The notes: a model not told the origin generated them from the sequence alone. Positions 51,530 through 61,957 are shown, numbered from the stretch's first letter. The stretch is 64,000 nucleotides of DNA from an uncultured delta proteobacterium (GCA_963808235.1 CAWEEQ010000004.1:3168001-3232000), one strand, 5' to 3'. Numbers and translations are program-made.

Positions 51530-52438
51530 TTGAACGCGCCGATATTCCTGCTCGAAAAAGTTCTTCGCGCCACGGTTGGCGTTCATTCGCACATCCCGTC
51601 GACGCATGTCTCGACTGCGATCGGTCTCGGCACTGATCGCCGCGGCACCGGAACCATCGTCAGTCCCGACGGGCTGATTCTCACCGCTCACTACCTGCTC
51701 CTCGGCGCTCAATCGGTGATCGTCACGATGCCGGGAGGCGAGCAGCTCGAGGCGAAGATCGTCGGCAAGGACTACACCACCGGTCTCGGGCTCTTGAAGA
51801 TAGATCGCGATAAGCTCGCACACGTCGAGGTGGTGTCTTCGGAGAGTTGCGTGGCCGGCGCTGAAGCGTTCACGGTCGCGAGCATGGGCGGTGAAAAGCG
51901 ATGCGCCGATTGCGGCATCTTCACTTACCTGGGTCCATTCGACGCGGTGTGGGAGTTCGTGCTCGACAAGTGCGTATGCGTCACGGCGTCAACCCTGAGC
52001 ATCGGATTGAGCGGCGGCCCGATCTGCAACACCAAGGCGCAAGTCGTGGCGGTGTCGTATCTGAACTTCGCCGACTTGAGCCGCGCGATCCTGGGCGTAC
52101 CGGGCGAAAACTTCCTCGCGGTGCGCGACGAGTTGATCCAGCACGGCCACCGCACCACCGCTGTGCCGCGCGCGTGGCTCGGCGTGCTGTCGTACACATT
52201 GCGCGAGCACGTGGTGATCGCGGGCGTGATGCCCGGCGCTCCCAGCGAGAAGGCGGGCTTGCAGCAGGGTGACCTGGTGATCGCGATCGATGGCAACGAC
52301 GTAAGCGATCGGCGCTTTCTCTACGATGCGCTCGCCAATCGCCGTCCCGGCGAAAATATCAATTTGAAAGTGCTGCGCGACAACAAAGTCTACCAGGTCG
52401 AAGTTCCTTCGATTCGCGCCGAAGACTACTTCGCATAG
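51530..52438 (+). CDS. Trypsin-like (S1C/HtrA-type) protease domain + PDZ, atypical triad
   Basis: GTGTIVSPDGLILTAHY, GLSGGP, WLGV...AGLQQGDLVIAIDG. Confidence 0.8.
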   Translation: MNAPIFLLEKVLRATVGVHSHIPSTHVSTAIGLGTDRRGTGTIVSPDGLILTAHYLLLGAQSVIVTMPGGEQLEAKIVGKDYTTGLGLLKIDRDKLAHVEVVSSESCVAGAEAFTVASMGGEKRCADCGIFTYLGPFDAVWEFVLDKCVCVTASTLSIGLSGGPICNTKAQVVAVSYLNFADLSRAILGVPGENFLAVRDELIQHGHRTTAVPRAWLGVLSYTLREHVVIAGVMPGAPSEKAGLQQGDLVIAIDGNDVSDRRFLYDALANRRPGENINLKVLRDNKVYQVEVPSIRAEDYFA

Positions 52439-52464
52439 CTGCTTCGTCCGCAAGGAGCTTGGTC

Positions 52465-53307
52465 ATGAATGATCCGAGAGCGCGGTTGCGCGAGATGCTC
52501 GCGACGCCCGGGATGATAGTCGCGCCATTCGTGTTCGATTGTCTCCAGGCAAAGCTCGCGGCGAGCGTCGGCTTCGATGCGGTCTACATGACCGGATTCG
52601 GAACCGCTGCAGCGCGCGGATATCCCGACCTGGGCCTGCTCACGATGACCGAGATGGTCGCCAATGCGCGCGCAATTTCGCGGGCGGTAAACGTTCCAGT
52701 CATCTGCGACGCGGACACCGGCTACGGAAATCCGCTCAACGCTTGGCGCACCGTGCGCGAATACGAGGACGCGGGCGCGTCGGCGCTGCACATCGAAGAC
52801 CAGGTATTTCCGAAGCGATGCGGTTTTTTCGCCGGCAAACAGGTAATCGCAATCGAGACGATGGCGCATAAGGTCCGCGCAGCATGCGACGCGCGGCGCG
52901 ATCCGAACCTGGTCATCATCGCTCGTACCGACGCGCTACAAGTCAACGGATGGAACGATGTCGTCAGCCGCGCGCGCGCCTATCGCGAATCGGGCGCGGA
53001 CCTGATCTTCGTCGACGGAATCAAAACCGTCGATGACTTGAAGCGGTATGCCGAGAAGCTCGGCGATTTGCCGCTGATTTATAACGGCGACTTGCTGCCG
53101 ATCGACGATTTGAGGAAGTATCCCTTCAAGGTCACCATCCACATCGGCACGATGCTCGCGGCGTTCGACTCGATGCGCACCGTGATGACGGAACTCAAGC
53201 GCAGTGGCAAACTCAGCGTTGGCACGGGAGCAAACGTGTTTAAGGATTTCGTGCACCTGCTGGGCATCGAAGAATTCGAGGCGCTCGCGAAAAAGTACGC
53301 CGACTAG
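52465..53307 (+). CDS. Isocitrate lyase / PEP mutase family enzyme
   Basis: GFDAVYMTG, DADTGYG, HIEDQ..PKRCG, IIARTDA. Confidence 0.9.
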   Translation: MNDPRARLREMLATPGMIVAPFVFDCLQAKLAASVGFDAVYMTGFGTAAARGYPDLGLLTMTEMVANARAISRAVNVPVICDADTGYGNPLNAWRTVREYEDAGASALHIEDQVFPKRCGFFAGKQVIAIETMAHKVRAACDARRDPNLVIIARTDALQVNGWNDVVSRARAYRESGADLIFVDGIKTVDDLKRYAEKLGDLPLIYNGDLLPIDDLRKYPFKVTIHIGTMLAAFDSMRTVMTELKRSGKLSVGTGANVFKDFVHLLGIEEFEALAKKYAD

Positions 53308-53334
53308 AGCCTTTCCTCGCGAGTGGCGCCGACA

Positions 53335-56082
53335 TTACACGTCCTTGAATTCGCGCTTTGACTGCGACGCCTCGATCGACGCTTGCGCCGCTGCGAGCCG
53401 CGCCACCGGAATCCGGTAGGGCGAACAAGACACGTAGTCGAGGCCGAGGCGATGACACAGCTTGACGCTGGCGGCGTCGCCACCGTGCTCGCCGCAAATG
53501 CCGATCTTCAGTTTGCGATTCGCCTTGCGCCCGCGCTCGATTGCGATTCGCATCAACTCGCCGACTCCGACCGGATCGAGTTCCTGGAACGGGTCCTTCT
53601 TGTAGATTCCGCGGTCAATGTAGTCGCCGAGGAATTTACCTGAATCGTCGCGCGAAATTCCGTAGGTCATCTGCGTCAGATCGTTGGTGCCGAATGAAAA
53701 GAACTCCGCGACCGCGCCGATCTGATCGGCTGTCACGCACGCGCGCGGCACTTCGATCATCGTGCCGATCGTGAACGACACCTTGAGCCCGCGCTCTTTG
53801 AACACCTCTGCCGCGACTTCGCGAATCTCGGCGGCCAGAATATCGAACTCTTTGCGCTCGCCGATTAGCGGCAGCATGATTTCGGGCATCGCTTTGACGC
53901 CCTGCTTGCGAAGCTGGCAGGCGGCTTCGATTATCGCGCGGGCCTGCGCCTTGTAAATCTCCGGGAAGCTGATTCCGAGCCGCGAGCCGCGATGACCCAG
54001 CATCGGATTGTTCTCGAACAGGCTCTGGCGCACTTGCTTCAGGTGTTCGAAGGTCGTGCCGATCTTCGCGGCGAGTTCGCGAATCTCCGAGTCTTCATGC
54101 GGCAGGAATTCGTGCAGCGGCGGATCGAGCAGCCGAATCGTTACTGGCAGACCCGCCATCTCTTTCAGGATTCCGACGAAGTCTTCGCGTTGCATCGGCA
54201 GAATCTTGGCGAGCGCGCGAGCCCGCTGCTGCGGGTTCTCGGCCATAATCATTTCCCGCATCGCCGAGATGCGCTCGGGATCGAAAAACATGTGCTCGGT
54301 CCGGCAGAGTCCGATTCCTCCGGCGCCGAATTCCCGAGCCACACGCGCGTCGTGCGGGGTGTCAGCGTTGGCGCGCACTCCAAGCTTGCGTTCGCTGTCG
54401 GCCCACAACAGAAATTTTTTGAAGAATGGCGGCATCTCGGGATCAACCGTCGGCACTCGTCCCTCGATCACTTCGCCCGCCGATCCGTCGAGCGTGATGT
54501 ACTCGCCGCGCCGGACTACTTTGCCGTCGGCAGCCATGGTGCCGGCCGCGTAGTCGATCTCCAGCGCCGAGCATCCGGCGACGCAACACTTGCCCATCCC
54601 GCGCGCCACCACTGCCGCGTGGCTGGTCATCCCGCCGCGAGCAGTTAAAATGCCCTCCGCCACCTGCATGCCCTGAATGTCTTCCGGCGAGGTCTCCAGG
54701 CGCACCAGGATCACCTTGCGCCCGGCCGCCGCGACAGCGACGGCTTCATCCGCCGAGAATACGACCTCGCCGTTGACCGCGCCCGGCGAAGCAGGAAGCC
54801 CGCGCGCGATCACGATCTTCTTCGCGGCGGGGTCGAGCCGCGGATGAAGAAACTGCTCGAGTTGTTCGGGCTCGACGCGCCGGAGCGCAGTTTTGCGATC
54901 GATCAACTTCTCGTCGGCCATATCGACAGCAATCCGCACTGCGGCTTGCGCCGTGCGCTTGCCGGTTCGCGTCTGCAGCATGAAGAGCCGATTGCGCTCG
55001 ATGGTGAATTCCATGTCCTGCGTGTCGCGGAAATGTTTCTCCAGCCGCGCCGAGATCTTCAGCAGCTCTTTGTAAACCGGGGGGAAACTCTCTTCGAGCG
55101 TCGGATAGTTTGCAGCGCGCTCCTGTTCGCTGATGTTCGAGCGCGCAGCCCACACCCGTCCCGCCTTGATACTGATCTGCCGGCCGGTGCGGATTCCGGC
55201 GACTACGTCCTCACCTTGCGCGTTGGGCAGGTACTCGCCGTAGATTCCCTTCTCGCCGGTGCCCGGATCGCGGGTGAACGCAACGCCAGTCGCGCAGTCC
55301 GAACCGAGGTTGCCGAACACCATCGACTGCACGGTGACCGCGGTGCCCCAATCGCCGGGGATATTGTTCATGCGCCGATATGCAATCGCCCGATCGTTGT
55401 GCCACGAGTCGAACACCGCGCCGATCGCCATCCAGAGCTGCTCTTTCGGATCCTGCGGGATGTCGCGGCCGACGCGCGATCGGATCAACTCGCGGAACTC
55501 GCCGACCAGTTCTTTCAAGTCCTCGACGCCGAGATCGGTATCCAGCTCGACGCCGCGCGCCGCCTTCTTGTGCTCGAGGATTTGCTCGAACGGATCGGGA
55601 TCGTTCTTGTTCTCCGGTTTCAGCTTGAGCACGACGTCGCCGAACATCTGGCAGAAGCGCCGATACGAATCCCACGCGAAGCGCGGATTCCCGCTGATTT
55701 GCTCGAGGCCCTTCACCGTTTCATCGGTGAGGCCCAGGTTCAGCACCGTGTCCATCATTCCCGGCATCGAGACGCGCGCTCCCGAGCGCACCGACACCAG
55801 CAACGGATTTTTCGCGTCGCCGAATTTGCGCCCGAGCGCTTTTTCGATTCTGACGACGCTCTTCGCGACGCCCTCAGCAAGGCCCTTCGGATACTTGTGG
55901 CTATGGTCGTAAAAGTAATTGCAGACCTGCGTCGATATCGTGAATCCGGGCGGCACCGGCAGCTTGAGAAGCGCCATCTCGGCCAGGTTGGCGCCTTTGC
56001 CGCCGAGCAGATTGCGCATCGCGGATCGTCCTTCCGCCACGCCCGCACCGAAAAAGTAGATCTCAGGATGAATGCGACCCAT
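53335..56082 (-). CDS. ppdK: Pyruvate, phosphate dikinase
   Basis: LLGGKGANLAEM, SMPGMMDT, GGMTSHAAVVAR, GIGLCRTEHMF, FSFGTNDL, CGEHGG. Confidence 0.98.
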   Translation of the reverse strand: MGRIHPEIYFFGAGVAEGRSAMRNLLGGKGANLAEMALLKLPVPPGFTISTQVCNYFYDHSHKYPKGLAEGVAKSVVRIEKALGRKFGDAKNPLLVSVRSGARVSMPGMMDTVLNLGLTDETVKGLEQISGNPRFAWDSYRRFCQMFGDVVLKLKPENKNDPDPFEQILEHKKAARGVELDTDLGVEDLKELVGEFRELIRSRVGRDIPQDPKEQLWMAIGAVFDSWHNDRAIAYRRMNNIPGDWGTAVTVQSMVFGNLGSDCATGVAFTRDPGTGEKGIYGEYLPNAQGEDVVAGIRTGRQISIKAGRVWAARSNISEQERAANYPTLEESFPPVYKELLKISARLEKHFRDTQDMEFTIERNRLFMLQTRTGKRTAQAAVRIAVDMADEKLIDRKTALRRVEPEQLEQFLHPRLDPAAKKIVIARGLPASPGAVNGEVVFSADEAVAVAAAGRKVILVRLETSPEDIQGMQVAEGILTARGGMTSHAAVVARGMGKCCVAGCSALEIDYAAGTMAADGKVVRRGEYITLDGSAGEVIEGRVPTVDPEMPPFFKKFLLWADSERKLGVRANADTPHDARVAREFGAGGIGLCRTEHMFFDPERISAMREMIMAENPQQRARALAKILPMQREDFVGILKEMAGLPVTIRLLDPPLHEFLPHEDSEIRELAAKIGTTFEHLKQVRQSLFENNPMLGHRGSRLGISFPEIYKAQARAIIEAACQLRKQGVKAMPEIMLPLIGERKEFDILAAEIREVAAEVFKERGLKVSFTIGTMIEVPRACVTADQIGAVAEFFSFGTNDLTQMTYGISRDDSGKFLGDYIDRGIYKKDPFQELDPVGVGELMRIAIERGRKANRKLKIGICGEHGGDAASVKLCHRLGLDYVSCSPYRIPVARLAAAQASIEASQSKREFKDV

Positions 56083-56155
56083 TTGAAACCGATGCTCTCC
56101 TCTCCCCGTCGCGGGGATTATTCAAAATAATCCGGTGTGACGATTGGCGCGTCCG

Positions 56156-57499
56156 CTAGCGCGTCCAGCCGATTCGATTGCTGACCTCTTCGACGAGCCG
56201 CGCGATCGGTACGCGCTCCTGCGTCATCGAGTCGCGATCGCGCAGCGTCACGGTATCGTCTTCCATCGTCTGATGATCGATCGTGACGCCATACGGCGTG
56301 CCGACTTCGTCCTGCCGTCGATAGCGCCGGCCGATTGAGCCCGCCTGGTCATACGCGACCGTGAAATGGCGCTTCAGCGCGTCGCGAATCGCGATCGCTT
56401 TCTCCGGCTGCCCCGCCTTACGAAGCAGCGGATAGACCGCGACCTTGATTGGCGCCAGCCGCGGATCGAGCCGCAGCACGATTCGCTCTTCGTTCTCGAC
56501 CACGTCCTCATCGTAAGCGTCGAGCATGAACGCGAGCATCGAGCGATCGACGCCGAGCGCCGGTTCGATCACCCACGGACGATAGCGCGCCTTCGCTTCC
56601 TCATCGAAGTACGTAAGGTCTTTGCCGCTGAACTTCGCGTGCTGATCGAGGTCGAAGCTGCCGCGCTTGGCGACGCCTTCGAGCTCGCCCCATCCGAACG
56701 GATACAGAAACTCGATGTCGGTGGTGCCGCTCGAATAGTGCGAGAGCTCATCGGTTGAATGCTCTCGTGCGCGCAAATGGTCGCGCTTGATCCCGTACTT
56801 GACGTGCCAGTTGAAGCGAAAATCGACCCAGTAGCGGTACCACTTTTCCTCCTCCGCTTGATCGGGACGAATGAAGAACTCCATCTCCATCTGCTCGAAC
56901 TCGCGGGTGCGGAAAATAAAATTCTCGGTGGTGATTTCGTTGCGGAAAGATTTTCCCTGCTGCGCGACGCCGAACGGCAGCTTCACCCGCTGCGTATCGA
57001 CGATATTGTCGAAGTTCGAAAAAATTCCCTGCGCCGTTTCCGGACGAAGATAAACCACCGACGCCGTTTCCTCGACCGGTCCCATGAAGGTCTTGAACAT
57101 CAGGTTGAAATTGCGCGCCTCCGAGAGCACGCCGCCGCATTCGGGACACTTGTCGCCCCGAACATGATCGGCGCGAAAGCGCAGCTTGCAGTTTTTGCAT
57201 TCGACCAGCGGGTCGGTGAAATTCTGCAGATGACCCGACGCTTCCCAGGTGCGCGGATGCTGAAAAATCGCGGAGTCCAGTCCGAGCATATCGCTGCGAT
57301 ACTGAACCATCTCGCGCCACCACGCTTCCTTGACGTTGCGTTTCAGCTCGACGCCCAGCGGTCCGTAGTCGAAGGTCGAACCGAGTCCCCCGTAAATGTC
57401 GCTGGTGGGAAAAACAATCCCTCGGCGCTTGCACAGGTTCACCAGTTTTTCCATCGTGACCGCGCGTTTGGTCACCGGCGATTCGTTTTCTGCGGACAA
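56156..57499 (-). CDS. glyQS: Glycine--tRNA ligase, alpha2 homodimeric type
   Basis: KRRG..P..DIYGG, YLRPETAQG, FIFRTREFEQME, SIGRRYRRQDE; GAGGAGG RBS before a TTG start. Confidence 0.96.
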   Translation of the reverse strand: MSAENESPVTKRAVTMEKLVNLCKRRGIVFPTSDIYGGLGSTFDYGPLGVELKRNVKEAWWREMVQYRSDMLGLDSAIFQHPRTWEASGHLQNFTDPLVECKNCKLRFRADHVRGDKCPECGGVLSEARNFNLMFKTFMGPVEETASVVYLRPETAQGIFSNFDNIVDTQRVKLPFGVAQQGKSFRNEITTENFIFRTREFEQMEMEFFIRPDQAEEEKWYRYWVDFRFNWHVKYGIKRDHLRAREHSTDELSHYSSGTTDIEFLYPFGWGELEGVAKRGSFDLDQHAKFSGKDLTYFDEEAKARYRPWVIEPALGVDRSMLAFMLDAYDEDVVENEERIVLRLDPRLAPIKVAVYPLLRKAGQPEKAIAIRDALKRHFTVAYDQAGSIGRRYRRQDEVGTPYGVTIDHQTMEDDTVTLRDRDSMTQERVPIARLVEEVSNRIGWTR

Positions 57500-57526
57500 A
57501 GACCCTCCTCGATCGGAAGCGTGCGT

Positions 57527-58063
57527 CTAGCCGAGGCTCACTATCTCGGCCGTCACCCTGCCACCATCATGTATTTCCAATATCGCAACCGTTCCCGGCA
57601 CGCCGACTAAATTGCGCGGCAGCGTCGCGCTGCCGGGATTTACGATCAGCGTCGCGCCGAAGCGCGTGACGCCCTCGACGTGGCTATGTCCCTGCACGAT
57701 CACATCCACCGGTCCGCCGAACTGCGTATCCATCGCGCGCGCGAACACTTCGTCGGAGGTCTCGTCAGGGGTCGGGATCGCGTGAACGAGCCCAATTCGC
57801 ACTCCCTCGACGTTCACCAAATGCGCCTCGCGGACGCGGTCGTCCGGGTCGAGGCGGAAGCGATGACCGTCGAGACCTTCGTCGCCGTTGCCGAGCGCCG
57901 CGATCACCGGCGCGATTTTTGCCAACTCATCGAGCACCCGATTCACGTACACGTCGCCCGCATGCATCACGAGGTCGATTCCGGCGAAGACTTCGAAAAC
58001 CTTTTCCGGAAGATGCTCGCAGGCTTCGGGAATATGAGTGTCAGAGATGAGGCCGATTCGCAT
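57527..58063 (-). CDS. YfcE/MJ0936-family metallophosphoesterase
   Basis: ISDTH, HAGD, GNGD, GHSH, NPGS. Confidence 0.9.
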   Translation of the reverse strand: MRIGLISDTHIPEACEHLPEKVFEVFAGIDLVMHAGDVYVNRVLDELAKIAPVIAALGNGDEGLDGHRFRLDPDDRVREAHLVNVEGVRIGLVHAIPTPDETSDEVFARAMDTQFGGPVDVIVQGHSHVEGVTRFGATLIVNPGSATLPRNLVGVPGTVAILEIHDGGRVTAEIVSLG

Positions 58064-58266
58064 TACGCCTTGATGCGGACGCTTTGGTCCGCCGATGCCG
58101 CAAACAGCGAAGCCTATCACGGACCGGAATCCCTCGCAATTTTGCTGTCGGGCGCTCGCATTTGGGATGTGGCCGTTTTCGCAATCCTCATGCTAGAAGC
58201 TAGTCGCAAGGTCCGGAGGCGGGCTTTCGGACGCGCCATCGCGCAACAGTCGGAGAGGATCACTCT

Positions 58267-58623
58267 ATGCGAATTTCGACACTCGTCATCTGCGCGTTCG
58301 TTATTGGAGGTGCCCTGGCGCTCGCAGGATGCGGTCACAGACTGGTCGCGCACAACGGTGAGAGCACCGTCGCCGTATATCCCGACGAAAACACGTTCGC
58401 GAAACTCGCCGACTTGAAGCGCCAGGGACCGATCGGCGGAGCAATCGGAAGTCTCGGCGAAGGATTGGCCACCAAGCAAGTCGATAACAACACACCGGTG
58501 CGAATCATCAACAGCGACGACCGTGGCGCGCAAGTCGAGATCCTCGACGGCGCATTCAAGGGCATGCACGGCTTCGTTCCCAAAGACAACCTGGGCCCGT
58601 CGATCAGCTTTTCATACCCCTGA
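58267..58623 (+). CDS. Hypothetical lipoprotein (SH3-like C-terminus)
   Basis: Lipobox LAG-C; VEILDG..KG.HGFVP. Confidence 0.7.
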   Translation: MRISTLVICAFVIGGALALAGCGHRLVAHNGESTVAVYPDENTFAKLADLKRQGPIGGAIGSLGEGLATKQVDNNTPVRIINSDDRGAQVEILDGAFKGMHGFVPKDNLGPSISFSYP

Positions 58624-58686
58624 ACTATAACTGTTTCGCTTGAAACATTCGCGTCCAGACCCCAGCACACAAGCTGCCCTTGCGTA

Positions 58687-59940
58687 TCACGACGCGGCGC
58701 GATACTCGCGCGGGCTCGATCCAATCACGCCGAGGCGCTCGAGTTCCGCGATCTCTTCGTCGCTCATCGCGAGCATCTCGCGAAACACTTGACGGTTGTG
58801 CTCGCCGAGGAGCGGCGCTGGAGAGTCGGCACGCAGCGGAGTCTCGCCCATCCGCGCAACCGGTCCGGGGTAGAGATGCGTCCCGACCACGGCGCGCTCG
58901 ATGGCGACGAAATACTCGCGGCTTTGAATTTGCGGATCGCCCATCACCGCCGGCGCCGAGTTGACCGGAGCGGCTAGCACTCCGCTCGCGCGGATACGCG
59001 CTACCGATTCGTCCGGATTCATTTGCGCGAGAACGCGCGACAATTCGGCATTGAGCGCGTCCTCGTTGGCTTTACGGGATTGCGCATCGGCGAACCGTTT
59101 GTCATCGCGCATTTGATCCAGCGCAAGCGCGCTCGCCAGGCTGCGCCACTGCTCGTCAGTCTCGCATGCGAGCGCGATCCAATTGTCGTCGCCATCGCAT
59201 CGAAAAATTCCGTGCGGCGCGTGCACGGGATGACGATTGCCGCGCGACGGCGGCGCCTTGCCGGTAAACTGATACTCCAAAATTCCCTCGGCGACGAACG
59301 GTATCAGCGCCTCGACTTGCGCGAGCTCGACCAGCTGGCCGCGTCCGCTGCGCTCACGCTCTCTCAGCGCCACCATCAGCGCGAATACGCCATGCAGTCC
59401 CGCGACCGGATCGCCGAGCGCATTGCTTAGCGTGTAATGCTGGCCGTTGCCGTCGTGGTAGCCGGTCAACCCGGTCACGCCGGCCATCGCCTCGACGGTG
59501 TTGCCATAGCCGCGCGCGTTCGCCTCGGGTCCATCGCTTCCGAACGACGGCATCGAGATCATGATCATCCGCGGATTGATCGCGCTCACCGCGTCGTAGC
59601 CGAGTCCGAGCCGGTCCATCACGCCCGGGCTGAAGTTCTCGATGAGCAGGTCTGAAACTTTGATCAACCGTTCGAGAATTTCGATTCCACGCATTTCCGC
59701 GAGGTCGAGCGTGATACCCCGCTTGCCCCGGTTGGCAGTGTTGAAGACCGCCGCGCGCTCTATAGGCTGCATCTCGGGCGGCGCCATGGAAAGCGATCCG
59801 CGCCACCAGTCAAAATGATTGGTGTCCTCGACTTTGATTACGTCGGCGCCCATCTCCGCGAACATCTGCCCGACCAGCGGCCCCGCCCATCCCATCGAGA
59901 GGTCGAGCACCTTCAGCTTTGCGTCGAAAATCGTGTTCAT
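58687..59940 (-). CDS. CoA-transferase family III (CaiB/BaiF), catalytic Asp retained
   Basis: VLDLSMGWAGP, NRGKRG, ENFSPG, ALGDP; ATG 59940 overlaps the upstream stop. Confidence 0.92.
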   Translation of the reverse strand: MNTIFDAKLKVLDLSMGWAGPLVGQMFAEMGADVIKVEDTNHFDWWRGSLSMAPPEMQPIERAAVFNTANRGKRGITLDLAEMRGIEILERLIKVSDLLIENFSPGVMDRLGLGYDAVSAINPRMIMISMPSFGSDGPEANARGYGNTVEAMAGVTGLTGYHDGNGQHYTLSNALGDPVAGLHGVFALMVALRERERSGRGQLVELAQVEALIPFVAEGILEYQFTGKAPPSRGNRHPVHAPHGIFRCDGDDNWIALACETDEQWRSLASALALDQMRDDKRFADAQSRKANEDALNAELSRVLAQMNPDESVARIRASGVLAAPVNSAPAVMGDPQIQSREYFVAIERAVVGTHLYPGPVARMGETPLRADSPAPLLGEHNRQVFREMLAMSDEEIAELERLGVIGSSPREYRAAS

Positions 59941-61136
59941 ATGATGCCCGCCTGCTCGAGCGCTCTGATTTCCGCGTCGCTTTGCTTCAGGCGGCCGCCA
60001 AATATTTCGCGATTGTGCTCGCCCAGCCGCGGCGCGGGCCGCGACGGCTCCGCGCGATGCGAGGTCAGGCGAAGCGGCGTGCCCGGCACCCGAATCTTCC
60101 CGAGCATTGGATCGTCGATCGTCTCGAAGTAGTTGCGCGCGCGGGTCTGCTCCCATTCGAGCACTTCTCCGACGCTCGGAATCGGCACCAGCGGAATCGC
60201 GCGCCGCTGGCCTTCGCGATAGAGCCACCGACGCTCATGCGCGAGGAAAAACGGCTCGACGATTTCGAGCAAGGCGTCGTTGTTGAGCATTCGATTGAGC
60301 GCAGTGTTGAAGCGCGGTTCGGAAGCCAGTTCGCGGCGCTCCATCAGATCGCACAGTCCTTCGAATTGTTTGTCGGTCACGCAATGCAGCCCGGCGTATC
60401 CGTCCTTGCACTTGAGCGTCACGATCAAAAACGGACCGACCGCGAAACGTTTGCCCGCGCGGCTGCGCAGCACCCCCGAGTACTGAAACGTGACGGTCTC
60501 GTAAATCATCGTGGCTACGGTCGCTTCGAGGATCGAGACGTCGATATGCTGGCCGCGGCCAAGCCCGAGGTCGCGCGCCGCAAGCGCTTGCATCGCGCCG
60601 ATCGCTCCATACAGCGCGCTCACGTATTGCGCGAGCGACCCCGGCGGTGTCAGAGGTTCGCGGTCGCGCTCGCCAACCGGGAATGTCCATCCGCCGCGCG
60701 CGAACAGGACCAGGTCGTTCAGCCGTCCATCGCGCTCGGGGCCGTCCTGCCCGAAGTTCGAGATCGAAACAATTGATAGTTTCGGAAACTTTTCGATTAA
60801 CTCGTCGGGCGCCAGTCCGAGCGCGGCGAGCGTGCCGGGCGCGAAGTTTTCGATCAGAAGATCGGCGTCTTCGAGCAGCGCGCGGATCAGTTCGCGGCCG
60901 CGGGGATGCTTCAAGTTCAGCGTGACGCCCCGCTTGTTCAAATTCAGGAACGCGAACAAGTCGCCACGATCGCTTGAGCCGCGATCCGATCCAGGTTTCC
61001 TTCCGCCTTCACCCATTGGCGGCTCGACCTTGATCACATCGGCGCCCATGTCGGCGAGCAGCTTGGTCGCGTAAGGACCCGCGATGAAGTGAGTGAGATC
61101 GACGACCTTAACGTCGCTGAGTGCGCTGTATCGCAT
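59937..61136 (-). CDS. CoA-transferase family III (CaiB/BaiF), probably a non-catalytic subunit
   Basis: DLTHFIAGP, NLNKRG, ENFAPG; SLAQY at the usual Asp position; start approximate. Confidence 0.9.
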   Translation of the reverse strand: MRYSALSDVKVVDLTHFIAGPYATKLLADMGADVIKVEPPMGEGGRKPGSDRGSSDRGDLFAFLNLNKRGVTLNLKHPRGRELIRALLEDADLLIENFAPGTLAALGLAPDELIEKFPKLSIVSISNFGQDGPERDGRLNDLVLFARGGWTFPVGERDREPLTPPGSLAQYVSALYGAIGAMQALAARDLGLGRGQHIDVSILEATVATMIYETVTFQYSGVLRSRAGKRFAVGPFLIVTLKCKDGYAGLHCVTDKQFEGLCDLMERRELASEPRFNTALNRMLNNDALLEIVEPFFLAHERRWLYREGQRRAIPLVPIPSVGEVLEWEQTRARNYFETIDDPMLGKIRVPGTPLRLTSHRAEPSRPAPRLGEHNREIFGGRLKQSDAEIRALEQAGII

Positions 61137-61209
61137 GGCGTTATCGACGCGATTCGAGCGCATCGCGCCGCGCGCTGTCAAACGCGAGGCCCGAGTCGCA
61201 TCCTGCCGC

Positions 61210-61833
61210 TCAGACCTTCGGCACTTCCATCCCCTTTTTCACCGCGCGACGCGCGCCGATCGCCGAGATCCATCGCGCAACGTTTGCACCCTCGCCGACC
61301 ACATCGGGCTTCGCGGCCTTGAGCAGGTTGAATCCAACGGCCAGCCATGGGTAGTTGGCGATGTCCGCGATCGAGTAGTCGCCCGCGACATATTCAGTGC
61401 GTCCGAGTTGATCGTCGAGCACTTTGATCAGCCGCGCCGACTCGGTCATGTAGCGATCGATCGCATATGGAATCTTCTCGGGCGCCTGGTTAGCGAAATG
61501 ATTTACCTGCCCGAACATCGGCCCCACATTCGCCATCTGCCAGAACAACCACTCGAGCACTTTGGCACGGACCGGCTCTTTTGACGGGAGAAACTTGCCA
61601 GTCTTCTCCGCGAGATAGACGAGTATCGCGCCCGATTCGAATATCGAGAGGCCCGAGTCGCGGTCCACGATCGCCGGGATTTTGCTGTTCGGACAAATCT
61701 TCACAAACTCAGGCTTGAACTGATCGCCGTCGCGGATGTTCACGGGATGAACCGAGTACCCGAGCCCGCACTCTTCGAGCATCACGGAAACTTTGCGTCC
61801 GTTGGGTGTCGTCCAGGTGTAGAGATCGATCAT
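61210..61833 (-). CDS. Glutathione S-transferase family (YfcG-like)
   Basis: TPNG, PNSKIPAI, ESGAIL, YSIADIA. Confidence 0.92.
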   Translation of the reverse strand: MIDLYTWTTPNGRKVSVMLEECGLGYSVHPVNIRDGDQFKPEFVKICPNSKIPAIVDRDSGLSIFESGAILVYLAEKTGKFLPSKEPVRAKVLEWLFWQMANVGPMFGQVNHFANQAPEKIPYAIDRYMTESARLIKVLDDQLGRTEYVAGDYSIADIANYPWLAVGFNLLKAAKPDVVGEGANVARWISAIGARRAVKKGMEVPKV

Positions 61834-61957
61834 GATTTCTTCCTTCGGCTTTCGATGAGAGGGTTGGACTTTCAGCGTATCAGAGCCATTATTGCGTTAC
61901 CGCGCGAGCGAACCAATACGAAATCGTGTCGTGCGCTGTCTTTTCGAGGAGAACCAT

